Of a DNA stretch of 64,000 bases, positions 12,901 through 26,900 are shown piece after piece. Both the position numbers and the translations under genes were made by a program. Numbering within the stretch: the first letter of the stretch is position 1; each line of letters begins with the position of its first letter. The notes beneath the pieces were generated by a model. That model ran no database searches. It saw nothing but the letters and a program-made list of their open reading frames with translations, and was not told the origin of the DNA. Source of the stretch: Leucoraja ocellata (lineage: Eukaryota); NCBI GenBank assembly GCA_036785375.1, contig JAWMAR010000026.1:7874001-7938000 (forward strand). Reading direction: 5' to 3'.

Positions 12901-15900
12901 TGAATAAAGGGTGAAAGTTACAAAGAATCGTTGGTCACTTCTAAATGATTTCAAATACGTAAAGTCCGCATTGAACTAGCGTGTTGAGAGTGTAAAGCCT
13001 GTGGGCGCTGAATATAATTGGAACACCTTACGTTTTCTCAGAATGTTTCACAGCATATGCTGTTAATGCCTTGAATAAACCGACTTGTTTGAGAAACTCA
13101 CCACTAATCAATATTCTTGGTGTATGTCCCATTCTGCGCCGTAATTAAGGAGGGCAATTCACAGACGTGAAAGCTAGATTCAGGGTATAGGTCAGCACAT
13201 AATTCCCTCCATCACGACGTTGCCATAAAGTGGAGTATAACCCTAACCCACTTATGACCATTTTAAAAACACACGAAAAAGAATAAATACAAGCCGATTA
13301 ATTAGATGCTCACGTTTACTTCTCTTGATGTGTCGACACACCATCGTAATGATAAGCAGAAGAATAAATATAATTCCACCCGTTGCGCATCCATAAATAA
13401 GAAAATAGGTCGAATTATTCTCTGTAAAATAAAAGAATGAAAAACATATAACTAGAATTAACTGCCATTTCCAGAACAAGACAGATTAATTGTTGTCCCC
13501 GACCACTGGACCGTATAATTACCTTAAATTGCCCTAAGATTCTGCTCAACATCGTCACGGTTGGATTACGTACATTCTAGCTCAGAATGTCTTTCTGGGC
13601 ACAATTTGTCTAAATCACTAAAACATTTCGAAATAATTTTGCTCTATTTGAAAATTCCAACTACTTACATAGTATTAGTCTTAAATCATTCTGATTTGCC
13701 TACATCTGTGACGCAAACATCCGATAACACATTTGATAGTAGGGCTACTATATTTGCAGTTTATCTTCAAAGTGATTGTTATTCTATAGAGCATTGAGCA
13801 TAGAATAGTACAGCACGGGAACGGGCCAATCCGGCCGCAATATTTGTGCTAAAGATGCCGTCAAAAACCGAACACATCTCCCTGTACATAATCCATATTC
13901 CTCTAGTGCCTGTACTTCCATGTACCTCCAACACCACCACTGGCAAAGCACTTCAGATCTCCCTTAAGATCTCCCTTTTCAACTATATATTTAGCCAAGT
14001 ATTCTCCTGATCTATCCTCCTATTACTATATTCATTCGCAAGAGGTACTGGAAGAACTCTCCATTAAACAACTTCAGGGATCTTGCTCCTTAAACGTTTC
14101 CAAAGTCCAAAGTCAATGCACATCCACACTTCCCGATTGTGCTACTACTTTGGCCATTGGACACCAAACGTCTTTTTCGAAAGCGATCAATATTGGTCAC
14201 ACGATGAAACAAGCTATCCATAGCGCCGAAAGCACCGCGGATGCTGCACAGCGAATCCATCCTAAATACCAGATGCTCAAGAACTTAAGTCGGACGCTGA
14301 TGTTTAATGCATTTCCTGAAGGAATGGCCGCGAGCGCCATTAGACTTGTTGCTGGTCTCCCACAAAGCGCAGGATAAACATTGCACGTGCCCATCTCTCC
14401 TGATACGTATTGTACTTAAATTTATTTAATACTCTAAATGGAACAACCAAGTCGGTTAAGGGCTTTATCCGCTCCAACTACAATTTAGTATAATCTGAAA
14501 TCCACGCAGGGCTTAATTAGGAAAGGGGAATAGATTATGAAAGAAAACTGGCAGGGAACATAAAAACTGACTGCAAAAGCTTTTATAGATATGTGAAGAG
14601 AAAAAGATTGGTTAAAACAAATGTAGGTCTCTTGCAATCAGAAACGGGTGAATTGATGATGGGGAACAAGGACATGGCAGGCCAATTGAATAACTACTTT
14701 GGTTCTGTCTTCACAAAGGAAGACAGAAAGAATCTGCCGGAAATAGCAGGGGATCGGGGGTCAAATGAGATGGAGGAACTGAGTGAAATCCAGGTTAGGC
14801 GGGAAGTGGTGTTAGGTAAATTGAATGGATGAAAGGCCGATAAATCACCAGGGCCAGATAAGCTGCATCCCAGAGTGCTTAAGGAAGTAGCCCCAGAAAT
14901 AGTAGATGCATTAGTGATAATTTTTCAAAACTCTTTAGATTCTGGAGTAGTTCCTGAGGATTGGAGGGTATCTAATGTAACCCCACTTTTTAAAAAAGGG
15001 ATGGAGAGAGAAAACTGGGAATTACAGACCAGTTAGTCTAACATCGGCAGTGGGGAAAACGCTAGAGTCAGTCATTAAAGATGTGATAGCAGCATATTTG
15101 GAAAGTGGTGAAATCATTGGACAAAGTCAGCATGGATTTATGAAAGATAAATCATGTCTGACGAATCTTATATAATCTTTCGAGGATGTAACTAGTAGAG
15201 TGGATAAGGGGGAACCAGTGGATGTGATATATATGGACTTTCAGAAGGCTTTCGACAAAGTCCCACATAAGAGATTAGTATGCAAACTTAACGCACACGG
15301 TATTGGGGGTTCAGTATTGATGTGGATAGAGAACTGGCTGGCAGACAGTAAGTAAAGAGTAGGAGTAAACGTTTGCTTTTCAGAATGGCAGACAGTGACT
15401 AGTAGGGTACCGCAAGGCTCAGTGCTGGGACCCCAGCTATTTACAATATATATTAATGATTTGGACGAGGGAATTGAATGCAACATCTCAGGTTTGCGGA
15501 TGACACGAAGCTGGGTGGGCAGTGTTAGCTGCGAGAGGATGCTAGGGGACTGCAAGGTGACTTGGATGGGTTGGGTGAGTGGGCAAATGCATGGCAGATG
15601 CAGTATAATGTGGATAAATGTGAGGTTATCCACTTTGGTGGCAAGAACAGGAAAGTAGATTATTATCTGAATGGTGGCCGATTAGGAAAAGGGGAGATGC
15701 AACGAGACCTGGGTGTCATGGTACACCAGTCATTGAACGTAGGCAAGCAGGTGCAGCAGGCAGTGAAGAAAGCGAATGGTAAGTTAGCATTCATAGCAAA
15801 AGGATTTGAGTATAGGAGCAGGGAGGTTCTACTGCAGTTGTACAGGGCCTTGGTGAGACCACACCTGGAGTATTGCGTACAGTTTTGGTCTCCTAATCTG

Positions 15901-18900
15901 AGGAAAGACATTCTTGTCATAGATGGAGTACAGAGAAGGTTCACCAGACCGATTCCTAGGATGGTAGGACTTTCATATGAAGAAAGACTGGATAGACTCG
16001 GCTTGTATTCGCTAGAATTTGGAAGATTGAGGTGGATCTTATAGAAGCTGACAAAATTCTTAAAGGGATGGACAGGCTAGATGCACGAAGATTGTTCCTG
16101 ATGTTGGGGAAGTCCAGAACAAGGGGTCATAGTTTAAGGATAAGGGGGAAATCTTTTAGTACCGAGATGAGAAAACTATTTTTCACACAGAGAGTGGTGA
16201 ATCTGTGGAATTCTCTGCCACAGAAAGAAGTTGAGGCCAGTTCATTGGCTATATTTAAGAGGGATTCGCGATGTGGCCCTTGTGGCTAAAGGGATCAGGG
16301 GGTATGGGGAGAAGGCAGGTACAGGATACTGAGTGGGATGATCAGCCATGATCACATTGAATGGCGGTGCAGGCTCGAAGGGCCGAATAGCCTACTCCTG
16401 CACCTATTTTCCATGTTTCTATGTTTAACAATACTTTTTACAATACTTTTGCAACATAGCAATCAACCTCTCCATCGAAGCCACGTCGCTCTCCAAACAC
16501 GACTATCTGAATCCGCTACAATCGAACCTTCTAATCCTTTCTACGTTACCTGCTTTGGAATCCGGAACATGATACGTTGCAGTCAGTGGAGTAGGAAGAG
16601 TGAGGTGCGCCACTTGGCATGTATAGATCGACCCGCCCTGGAGTGTCCTTGTTTCCTTTAAATGACTGGAAACTTCATATAATCCAATCATAGTCAGTTT
16701 TACCGTTGTATGTATGCCCACGAAAATCTCAATGCCATTTCGGTACCAAGTAAGGTTAAGTGATCTCGGGTAAAATTCATCCGCTTTACACAAGAGATTC
16801 AATGTGGTGGAGTTTTGATCAGGCAGTTCGGAGATTCTGAGCTGAGCTGGCGGAACTGCAAATGTAAGACAGAAAATGTATTTGTGATCAGGAAAACTAC
16901 TACACGGGCATAACTATGTTGTACAATACTGGTCGGCGACCTCATAATTACACGGTTATGGTGCATGAACGTTCAGGATTAGCATTATTTCGGCAGTTTT
17001 TTCGGATATCAACAACATAAATCGTAGGTGGACAAAAATGCTGGAGAAACTCAACGGGTGAGGCAGCATCCAACGTCATCTATAGGTGACGTTTCGGGTC
17101 GAGACCCTTCTTCAGACTGATGTGGGGGTGTGGGGGGGGGGGGGGGGGAAGAAGAAAGGAAGAGGCGGATACAGAGGCTGTGGGAGAGCTGGGAAGGGGA
17201 TGGGGAAGGGGGAGAAAGCAAGGAATACCTGAAATTGAGAAGTCAATGTTCATACCTATGGGGTGTAAACTACCCAAGCGAAATATGAGATCCTGCTCCT
17301 CCAATTTGCGGTGGGACTCACGATGGCCATGGAGGAGGCCCAGACAGAAAGGTCGGATTCAGAATGGGAGGGGTAGTTGCAGTGCTGATCAGGTTGGTTA
17401 ATGTGAACTGAGTGGAGGTGGAGGGCGAAGCGATCGCCAAACCTGCGATTGGCCTCACCGATGTAAAGCATTTGACTCCTGGAACAACGGACGGAATAGA
17501 TGAAGTTGGAGGAGGTGCTGGTGAACCTCTGCCTCAACTGGAAGGACTGATTTGGTCCTTCGATGAAGTTGGGGGGGGGGGGGGGGGGGGGGGGGGTGGT
17601 AAAGCGACAAGTGTAGCATTTCCTGCAGTTTCAAGGGAAGAGTGTGGGAAGGCGCGAATTGACCAGGGCATTACGGAGGGAGCGGTCGCTGCAGCAAGCC
17701 AAAAGGGGAGAAGATTGGAAGATGTGTCCAGTGGTGGGATCCCATTGGAGGTGGCGAAAATGTCAGAGGATTACCTGTTGCACGTGCCGGTTGGTAGGGG
17801 GGAGGGGGGGGGGAGAGGTGAGGACAAGGGGGACACTGTCCTTGTTATGAGTGGTGGGTTGGAGAGTGTGAGCGGAGCTACGGGATATGGAGGAGACCCT
17901 GGTGAGAGCCTCATCTATAGTCGAAGACGGGAACGCACGTTTCCTAAAGAATGAGGACATCTCCGATGTCATGGTTTGGAACACCTTATCCTGGGTGCAG
18001 ATGCAGGAAGTGGAAGTAGGGGATAGAGTCCTTACAGAAAGCAGGTTGGGAAGAAGTGTAGTCCAGATAACCATGGGAATCAGTGGGTTTGTAGTAAATG
18101 TCGGCCAGTAGTTCGCTGCCTGCGTGGAGATAATGAGGTCTAGAAACGGTAGGGAGATGTCGGAAATTGTCCAGGTGAATTTGAGTGCCGGATGAAAGTT
18201 CGTGGTGAAAAGGATGAAGTCAGTGAGTTCTGCATGGGTTAAAAATAAAAGCCTTAATGAGCAAGTTGACAGCAAACATCTGAGAAGAATGAAAACTTTT
18301 TTTAGCGCTTCCAATCGTTTCCAATCGAATCTTATAGAATTTTTCCAGGATGTAACTAGTAGCGTGGATAGGGGAGAACCAGTGGATGTGGTGTATCTGG
18401 ACTTCCAGAAGGTTTTCGACAAGGTCCCACATAAGAGATTTGTATACAAACTTAAAGCACATGGCATTGGGGGTTCAGTATTGATGTGGATAGAGAACTG
18501 GCTGGCAAACAGGAAGCAAAGAGTAGGAGTAAACGGGTCCTTTTCACAATGGCAGGCAGTGACTAGTGAGGTACCGCAAAAGCTCAGTGCTGGGACCCCA
18601 GCTATTTACAATATATATTAATGATCTGGATGAGGGAATTGAAGGCAATATCTCCACGTTTGCGGATGACACTAAGCTGGGGGGCAGTGTTAGCTGTGAA
18701 CGGATGCTAGGAGACTGCAAGGTGACTTGGATAGGCTGGGTGAGTGGGCAAATGTTTGGCAGATGCAGTATAATGTGGATAAATGTGAGGTTATCCATTT
18801 TGGTGGCAAAAAGGGGAAAGCAGACTATTATCTAAATGGTGGCCGATTGGGAAAGGGGGAGATGCAGCGAGACCTGGGTGTCATGGTACAGCAGTCATTG

Positions 18901-20874
18901 AAGGTAGGCATGCAGGTGCAGCAGGCAGTAAAGAAAGCGAATGGTATGTTGGCTTTCATAGCAAAAGGATTTGAGTATAGGAGCAGGGAGGTTCTACTGC
19001 AGTTGTACAGGGTCTTGGTGAGACCGCACCTCGAGTATTGCGTGCAGTTTTGGTCTCCAAATCTGAGGAAGGACATTATTGCCATAGAGGGAGTGCAGAG
19101 AAGGTTCACCAGACTGACTCCTGGGATGTCAGGACTGTCTTATGAAGAAAGACTGGATAGACTTGGTTTATACTCTCTAGAATTTAGGAGATTGAGAGGG
19201 GATCTTATAGAAACTTACAAAATTCTTAAGGGGTTGGACAGGCTAGATGCAGGAAGATTGTTCCCGATGTTGGGGAAGTCCAGGACAAGGGGCACAGCTT
19301 AAGGATAAGGGGGGAATCCTTTAAAACCGAGATGAGGAGAACTTTTTTTCACACAGAGAGTGGTGAATCTCTGGAACTCTCTGCCACAGAGGGTAGTTGA
19401 GGCCAGTTCATTGGCTATAGTTAAGAGGGAGTTAGATGTGGCCCTTGTGGCCAAGGGGATCAGAGGGTATGGAGAGAAGGCAGGTACGGGATACTGAGTT
19501 GGATGATCAGCCATGATCATATTGAATGGCGATGCAGGCTCGAAGGGCCGAATGGCCTACTCCTGCACCTAATTTCTATGTTTCTATGTTTCTATGTTTT
19601 TTCGAAGAGTGTGAATTGCTACCTCTGTTGAATTTTTTTTTTACAAAAAATGGTCAGTTTAGCATTAACTAACTCGGCACTTCACGGATTTGCTCTGTTT
19701 TTCAAATCCCAGACTGAAGTTTTCTTGAAGTAAGAACAAATTAATTGGTAAAAAAAACCAACACATAGGAATATCAGGTGTCGCCATTTATGTTTACTCG
19801 GGGGAGATGAGGAGACGTTAGATATCGCTCCGGCAATTTGATACCGCGTTGGATGTAAACAAAATCTAGCTATGGTAGAAGGCCGATAGGGAGGGTCCAT
19901 GATGAGGGGAATGTTGGAAACGGGAGAAGTGACCGTAACAGGGCGGCCGTTGATGCCGCTCCGGCAGTTGGAAATAAAATAGTCCAAAGAAATTACATCC
20001 AACGTTTTGTCCTGCCCCTCCACTCTTCCAGCTTTATACCTCCCACCCAATGCAGATATCAGATCACATTCATCGGCCTCGGAAAGTACTGCTCAATATA
20101 GGAACTGTGTTGGAATCTGTGTTTCGGCGAATTTGGAGCAACGTCCTCATATTAACAGCAAACAAACCAACCAATTAGACAGTCCTGGGATATTAAGACA
20201 CAATATTACATAGAACTTGGGTACTTCGAATGGAAAACCAGGCCACGTTGCTTTCCCGAATTATAGAATTGAATAATAATAGGGTAACATCTCCATATTG
20301 CAGCGCATTTGCTTTTACTGTTACACATACCGAAGACGTTGATTCTGGAGCCAGATCCATTCACAATTTTACTTCCGTGGATACCCACTCCGCAGTAATA
20401 GACTCCAGCATCATCTGCACGGATATTCAATATCTGCAAGGAGGCTGCACCTTGTTTAAAACGAACAAATATCTTCCTACTGTCAGAGGCTGTTTGCAGA
20501 AAGTTCTGTTCGCCAAGTTTCCACCAATAATATTCCACAGGTAGACTATTTTGCGATAGTCCAATAAGGCAATATAGGGTGATATTTGAATGTAAGATCA
20601 CGTGTTTGCTCGTCGGAGATTGTTTGACTTGGTAGTGAGCATCAACGGCAACTGTAGCAGAAGAAAATCAAAAATTATCGCATAACAGACGAGGCCAGAC
20701 ACAATTAATCGCACTTTTGAAAGATGCGTGAATGTGGATGTGCGGTCGATATACGGGTGTTGATCAAAGAGGGTGTAGGTCAGTAAGAAGATAAAAACAA
20801 AAGAAAAGTCGAGAAATACCTGCATTTATAATCAGGAGCGACGAAAACAACAGAACCACATCCCGAAAAGGCAT
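8954..20874 (-). CDS. Gene B: complete VJ-C1-TM-cytoplasmic IgSF receptor (346 aa), inhibitory type; exons 20820-20874, 20331-20651, 16550-16855, 13314-13421, 9945-9988, 9158-9268, 8954-9049
   Basis: Seven exons with GT/AG boundaries and compatible phases sum to 1041 nt, open to TGA at 8954-8956. Exon sizes match paralogues (55-nt leader, 306-nt C1, 44-nt first cytoplasmic exon). Confidence 0.85.
10748..11012 (-). mobile_element. CR1 3' end
   Basis: (CATAGAAA)n tail and the reverse complement of the CR1 3' UTR. Confidence 0.9.
12172..12480 (+). mobile_element. V-SINE (HE1-like)
   Basis: TGGCGCAACGG...GATTCGATCC head; CTCCGGTTTCCTCCCACACCCCAAAGAC core. Confidence 0.8.
13314..13421 (-). CDS. 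Gene B transmembrane exon (uncharged TM)
   Basis: [36 protein letters not shown]; TTTTACAG acceptor and GTGAGC donor (an alternative GTAAAC donor 6 nt earlier has the same phase). Confidence 0.82.
14507..16425 (+). mobile_element. CR1 LINE, about 1.9 kb, 5'-truncated and disrupted, in the gene B C1-TM intron
   Basis: Continuous RT homology with stops and frameshifts; ends in TTTCTATG. Confidence 0.93.
16550..16855 (-). CDS. Gene B C1-set Ig exon
   Basis: [23 protein letters not shown]...GLYEVSSHL...[13 protein letters not shown] carries the C1 motifs CxxxxFYP, W and YxCxVxH; 306 nt, phase 1/1. Confidence 0.92.
17025..18236 (-). mobile_element. Penelope-like element (RT end, GIY-YIG, terminal repeat)
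   Basis: [25 protein letters not shown]; [35 protein letters not shown]; terminal hammerhead motif. Confidence 0.85.
17088..17115 (-). ncRNA. Minimal type I hammerhead ribozyme motif in Penelope terminus
   Basis: Reverse strand CTGAAGA-A-GGGTC-TC-GACCC-GAAAC-GTC: conserved CUGANGA and GAAA cores, stem II and a GUC cleavage triplet. Confidence 0.7.
18327..19598 (+). mobile_element. CR1 LINE, 5'-truncated, in the gene B V-C1 intron
   Basis: [23 protein letters not shown]2 C-terminus and (TTTCTATG)n. Confidence 0.93.
20331..20651 (-). CDS. Gene B VJ exon
   Basis: [30 protein letters not shown]...[11 protein letters not shown]...[36 protein letters not shown]; acceptor CTACAG, donor GTATGT; 321 nt. 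Confidence 0.9.
20820..20874 (-). CDS. Gene B leader exon
   Basis: [18 protein letters not shown] plus phase-1 GT donor; 55 nt as in genes A, C and E. Confidence 0.85.
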
Positions 20875-21691
20875 ATTGAACCATGAAAATCATATCCTAG
20901 ATATTGGAAGTCTGAAATTCACTCAGGGATTGCGGAAAGCAGCATGTAAGTCAAGTATGATCTGCATAAAGAGAAATAGACTTTTCTGTTCGAAAGACTT
21001 TGTCAAATGGAACATGTTGCACAATGCATTACCATGTCGCTGCTGTGAAAGAAAGGTTACGCGATTTGACGTGGGCTGAAGGAAATGACTTCCGATACGA
21101 AATGACCCAATTGCAGCTGTTCAGAAATGAGCTTCGGGATAAATTCTGGAAACAACCTGTTGGAAGTGCATGTCATGTACCATGATGCAAACACATATTT
21201 GCCATCCATCCAGACGAATCTTGTCTTTGCTGAGTTTACCAATGATCTTCATGCTAGTGGCTGCGGTTTTATATCAGAACAGAAAATTAAAAGTCTTCCA
21301 CGTATGTAGACTTACGATATACACGGAAATAAAGTCTCAATTACTTAAGTTGGAGAGGTCTGGGATGTGCTTAGATGATTGAGCGTTCTTATAACAGTTT
21401 CATTTGGATTTCGATGGGTAAACAGAATAGTCAGTGGGAGAGGGACGCCACCGGATGCTCAGAGTCTCTCTGAAGAGTCACCAAACAATCTAGTTTAGTT
21501 TCTCCAATGCAGAGGGGAACGATTTGTGAACACCGAATTTTAATGTCAAACCGGAGGAAATGCAAAAAAATCGCTACTGAAAATGGAAAAAATATTTCAG
21601 TCTCTGCATGTTGGGAAAATCAATTGTTCCTTCTATGGTATAAATGCTAAAATAAAAACCGGATCTATTTAGGTGAATGGGATTGAGCAGA

Positions 21692-23624
21692 CCAAAGGGC
21701 TTAATTAGGAAAGGAAAAATAGATTATGAAAGAAAACTGGCAGGGAACATAAAAACTGACTGCAAAAGTTTTTATAGATATGTGAAAAGAAAGAGATTAG
21801 TTAAAACAAATGTAGGTCCCTTGCAGTCAGAAACAGGTGAGTTGATCATGGGGAACAAGGATATGGCGGACCAATTGAATAACTACTTTGGTTCCGTCTT
21901 CACTAAGGAAGACATAAATAATCTGCCGGAAATAGCAGGGGACCGCGGGTCAAAGGAGTTGGAGTAATTGCGTGAAATCCAGGTTGGTCGGGAAGTGGTG
22001 TTGGGTAAATTAAATGGATTAAAGGTCGATAAATCCCCAGGGCCAGATAGGCTGCATCCCAGTGTACTTAAGGAAGCAGCTCCAGAAATAGTGGATGCAT
22101 TTGTAATAATCTTTCAAAACTCTTTAGATTCTGGAGTAGATCCTGAGGATTGGCGGGTAGCAAAAGTAACCCCACTTTTTAAGAAGGGAGGGAGAGAGAA
22201 AACGGGGAATTACAGACCAGTTAGTCTAACATCGGTAGTGGGGAAACTGCTAGAGTCAGTTATTAAAGATGGGATAGCAGCACATTTGGAAAGTGGTGAA
22301 ATCATTGGACAAAGTCAGCATGGATTTACGAAAGGTAAATCATGTCTGACGAATCTTATAGAATTTTTCGAGGATGTAACTAGTAGCGTGGATAGGGGAG
22401 AACCAGTGGATGTGGTGTATCTGGACTTTCAGAAGGCTTTCGACAAGGTCCCACATAAGAGATTAGTATACAAACTTAAAGCGCATGGCATTGGGGGTTC
22501 AGTATTGATGTGGAGTAGAGAACTTGCTGGCAAACAGGAAGCAAAGAGTAGGAGTAAACGGGTCCTTTTCACAATGACAGGCAGTGACTAGTGGGGTACC
22601 GCAAGGCTCAGTGCTGGGACCCCACCTATTTACAATATATATTAATGATCTGGATGAGGGAATTGAAGGCAATATCTCCAAGTTTGCGGATGACACGAAG
22701 CTGGGGGGCAGTGTTAGCTGTGAGGAGGATGCTAGGAGACTGCAAGGTGACTTGGATAGGCTGGGTGAGTGGGCAAATGTTTGGCAGATGCAGTATAATG
22801 TGGATAAATGTGAGGTTATCCATTTTGGTGGCAAAAACAGGAAAGCAGACTATTATCTAAATGGTGGCCGACAAGGAAAAGGGGAGATGCAGCGAGACCT
22901 GGGTGTCATGGTACACCAGTCATTGAAAGTAGGCATGCAGGTGCAGCAGGCAGTGAAGAAAGCGAATGGTATGTTAGCTTTCATAGCAAAATGATTTGAG
23001 TATAGGAGCAGGGAGGTTCTACTGCAGTTGTACAGGGTCTTGGTGAGACCACACCTGGAGTATTGGGTACAGTTTTTGGTCTCCAAATCTGATGAAGGAC
23101 ATTATTGCCATAGAGGGAGTGCAGAGAAGGTTCACCAGACTGATTCCTGGGATGTCAGGACTGCCTTATGAAGAAAGACTGGATAGACTTGGTTTATACT
23201 CTCTAGGATTTAGGAGATTGAGAGGGGATCTTATAGAAACTTACAAAATTCTTAAGGGGTTGGACAGGCTAGACGCAGGAAGATTGCTCCCGATGTCGGG
23301 GGGAAGTCCAGGACAAGGGGTCACAGCTTAAGGATAAGGGGGAAATCCTTTAAAACCGTGATGAGAATAACTTTTTTCACACAGAGAGTGGTGAATCTCT
23401 GGAACTCTCTGCCACAGAGGGTAGTCGAGGCCAGTTCATTGGCTATATTTAAGAGGGAGTTAGATGTGGCCCTTGTGGCTAAGGGGATCAGAGGGTATGG
23501 AGAGAAGGCTGGTACGGGATACTGAGTTGGATGATCAGCCATGATCATATTGAATGACGGTGCAGGCTCGAAGGGCCGAATGGCCTACTCCTGCACCTAA
23601 TTTCAATGTTTCTATGTTTCTATG
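21692..23624 (+). mobile_element. CR1 LINE, about 1.9 kb, 5'-truncated
   Basis: ORFs 21677-23331 carry RT motifs ([23 protein letters not shown]); octamer tail. Confidence 0.94.
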
Positions 23625-23944
23625 GAGGTAATAATTTCAATGGACAATAGACCTCACATTTATCCGCATTATCATATTTGCGGAGATGATGGCAGGCATG
23701 GGCGGAAATCCTGGGGGGGGGGGGGGGGGGGGGGGGGAGGAGGAGGGGGGGGGGGGGTGTACGTGTGGGGGACACGTCCCTCCCATGTTTTGAATGGTAG
23801 GGGACAATCCCTCCCATGTTTTGTAATCCGGATTTTGAAATTCGGTGAAAAAAAATCAATTAAATTCTTCGCTTTCCGCGAGACAGAGGGGGTGTCACTG
23901 TTAATCACTTGTTAAATGTTTCTGTTAACACGATGGGTCACCAA

Positions 23945-26900
23945 TTGTGTTTTGACCTTGGAGGAGGGGTAGCACTATATGTGGATACAACTCTGAACTA
24001 TAGGGTATTAAATAATTTGATAACTGTGGTTGATAATCTGCAGGAATGCATAACTATAGAAATATACAACGGTAGAAATAAAAATGTCATCATTAGCTGC
24101 ATATATAGGGTACCGGGGTCAAGTATTGAAATTTTCAGGTGCTGGATAGAGAGTATGTTTTCAATAACAAGTAGCAAATCAGTTTTTTTATGTGGAGATT
24201 TCAATATCGACCTATTAAATCCTAACCTACATAACCTTACAGAAGACGTTATCAACACAATGTACAGTATGAGTTTATTTCCCAAAATCACCAGACCCAG
24301 TAGAATTACTTCCCATTGTGCTACACTCATTGACAATATATTGAACAATGACATTGAAAACAAAAGAGTAAGTGGATTATTAATCAACGATATAAGTGAC
24401 CACTTGCCAGTTTTCATAGTTTATGATTACATCCACAGGAACAACAAATCAAACAAACTGACAGAATATAGACGAGTGAGATCGGAGGAAGCTATCAATG
24501 CACTAAAAAAGGACCTATTGGCACAAAACGGGGACATAATATATCAAAAAAGAGACATTGACAGTGCTTATGAATCACGTATCACTATGTTTAAGTCACT
24601 ATATGATTAAAAACTGTCCATCAAAGAATATAACAGAAAATCAACAAATACTAAATGTCCATGGATTACAAAGGGATTACAAAATGCGTGCAAAAAAAAG
24701 CACTATACAGAGATTTCATAAGACAGAGAACTAAAGATACAGAAAATAAATATAAAAATTACAAAAATAAGTTAACTTATATTATAAGAACAAGCAAGAA
24801 AGATTATTATCAGAAAAAATTAGATGATAACAAAAACAACATAAAAAGAATACGGGGCATATTAATAGTATTATGAGAAATGGCCCGGGGAAAACAAACT
24901 ACCCGAAGTATTTTATTGATAAGGACAATGAAAATTATAATATGGAGGATGTTGCTAATAGCTTTAATAATTTTTTTGTAAATGTTGGACCAGACCTGGC
25001 TAAACAAATCCCTGATCCAGGGACATCTGGAGAAACTCCCGATAATTTATTGGAGAGAAATCCCTACTCTATGTTTCTTATGGCAGTAGATGAAAAAGAA
25101 CTGTTGGATATTGTTAAAACATATAAAAAACAAAATGTCTGCTGATTTCAACGACATTGACATGTCGTTAGTTAAGATGGTCATTGAGGGGATTTCCAAA
25201 CCTCTAACATTCATCTGTAATTTATCTTTCCAAACCGGTACTTTTCCAATCAAAATGAAAATAGCAAAAGCCATACCATATACAAAACTGGGAACAAGCA
25301 TCATTTCACAAACTATAGACCTGTTTCTTTATTCCCTCAATACTCCAAAATACTAGAAAAAATGTTCAACAAAAGACTAGACATATTTGTAGAAAAGCAT
25401 AAATGAATCAGTGAAAGTCAATGTGGATTCAGATCAAACAGATCAACATCACTTGCAATAATAGAATCAATTGAAGATATCATAAACGCTATTGACAATA
25501 AACTATGTGCAGCTGGGATATTTATTGATATAAAGAAAGCATTTGATACGATCAATCATGATATTTTATTAAAAAAATTAGAAAGGTATGGCATCAGAGG
25601 TCTAGTACTGGATTGGATAAAAAGCTATTTAAGCAACAGGCAACAGTTTGTGAAGCTGGGTAGCTACAGTTCTACATGTTTGGACATTGCTTGTGGTGTC
25701 CCACAGGGGTCAGTGTTGGGTCCAAAACTATTCATCATGTATATAAACGACATTTGAAATGTGTCCAATGCCTTGAGGCTGGTCTTGTTTGCAGACGACA
25801 CAAATATTTTTTTGTTCTGGGGAGAATTTAAAACAACTACTGGCCAAAATAACAAAAGAAATGGGCAAACTGAAAACATGGTTTGACAGGAACAAAATAT
25901 CATTAAACTTGAGCAAAACCAAAATAATGTTATTTGGTAATTGCAGAACAATCACACAAGCAAATATAAAGATAAATGGGGTTGAAATTGAACGAGTTCA
26001 TGAAAATAAATTTCTTGGGGTTATAATGGATGATAGAATCAGCTGGAAATCACACATTAAACATGTACAATCCAAACTGGCAAAAAGCATTTCTGTATTA
26101 CACAAAGTTAAGCAGGTTCTGGATTACACGTCACTCCGCATTCTCTACTGTTCACTAATCTTACCCTATTTAAATTTAAACTTGTGCAGAAGTCTGAGGC
26201 AATAACTATAAAAGTTCGCTATATTCATTAACTATTCTGCAACAAAGAGCAATACGTATTATTCACAATGTCAGGTATCTGGGTCACACTAATCCATTAT
26301 TCTTACAGTCAAAATTATTAAAATTAGAAGATTTGGTTGCATTTAAAACAGCACAGATAATGTTTAGGGCCAAAAATAAAAACTTACCTGGAAATATACA
26401 AACATTATTCAATGAGCGAGTGAGGGGTTATAATTTAAGAAGAATATTTAATTTTAAGGTACAAAGAGTCCGCACGACCAGAAAAACCTTTTGTATTTCG
26501 GTCTGTGGAGTAGGATTGTGGAACAGTTTGAATGTGGAGCTAAAGCAATGTCCAAATATGAACCAGTTCAAAATGACATACAATTTTTTTTCACAAGGTA
26601 CAGGGATGAAGGGGATGGTTGACAAACAGGGGTTAATGGTTATTTATTATTTTATTTATTATTTATTTATGTTTTTTTGGTTACTTCAAACATATTACTT
26701 GTAGGGGAATATCAGATGTATGTATATATATGTCTGTATGCATCTCTAAAAATTGTCTGGGGTATTAATATTATTAATTAATTAATTATTACATATGGAA
26801 GAAGGGTTTAGGGAGAAGGGGTGAGATTAAATAAGTTATTCTTCTTCTCACTCCTTTTCGAGATTTTAAAGAAAAAGTGTTGGACATTTAAATTTTGCTT

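Noticed and set aside
11390-14500. Gypsy integrase remnants at about 11.4-12.1 kb and 13.9-14.5 kb
   Set aside because: Only faint motif resemblance with no open frame or LTRs; not supportable without a profile search.
23620-23915. Poly-Pro and poly-Gly ORFs (also near 5.6, 17.1, 17.6 and 44.3 kb)
   Set aside because: Produced by G/C homopolymer runs inside repeats; run lengths may also be unreliable.
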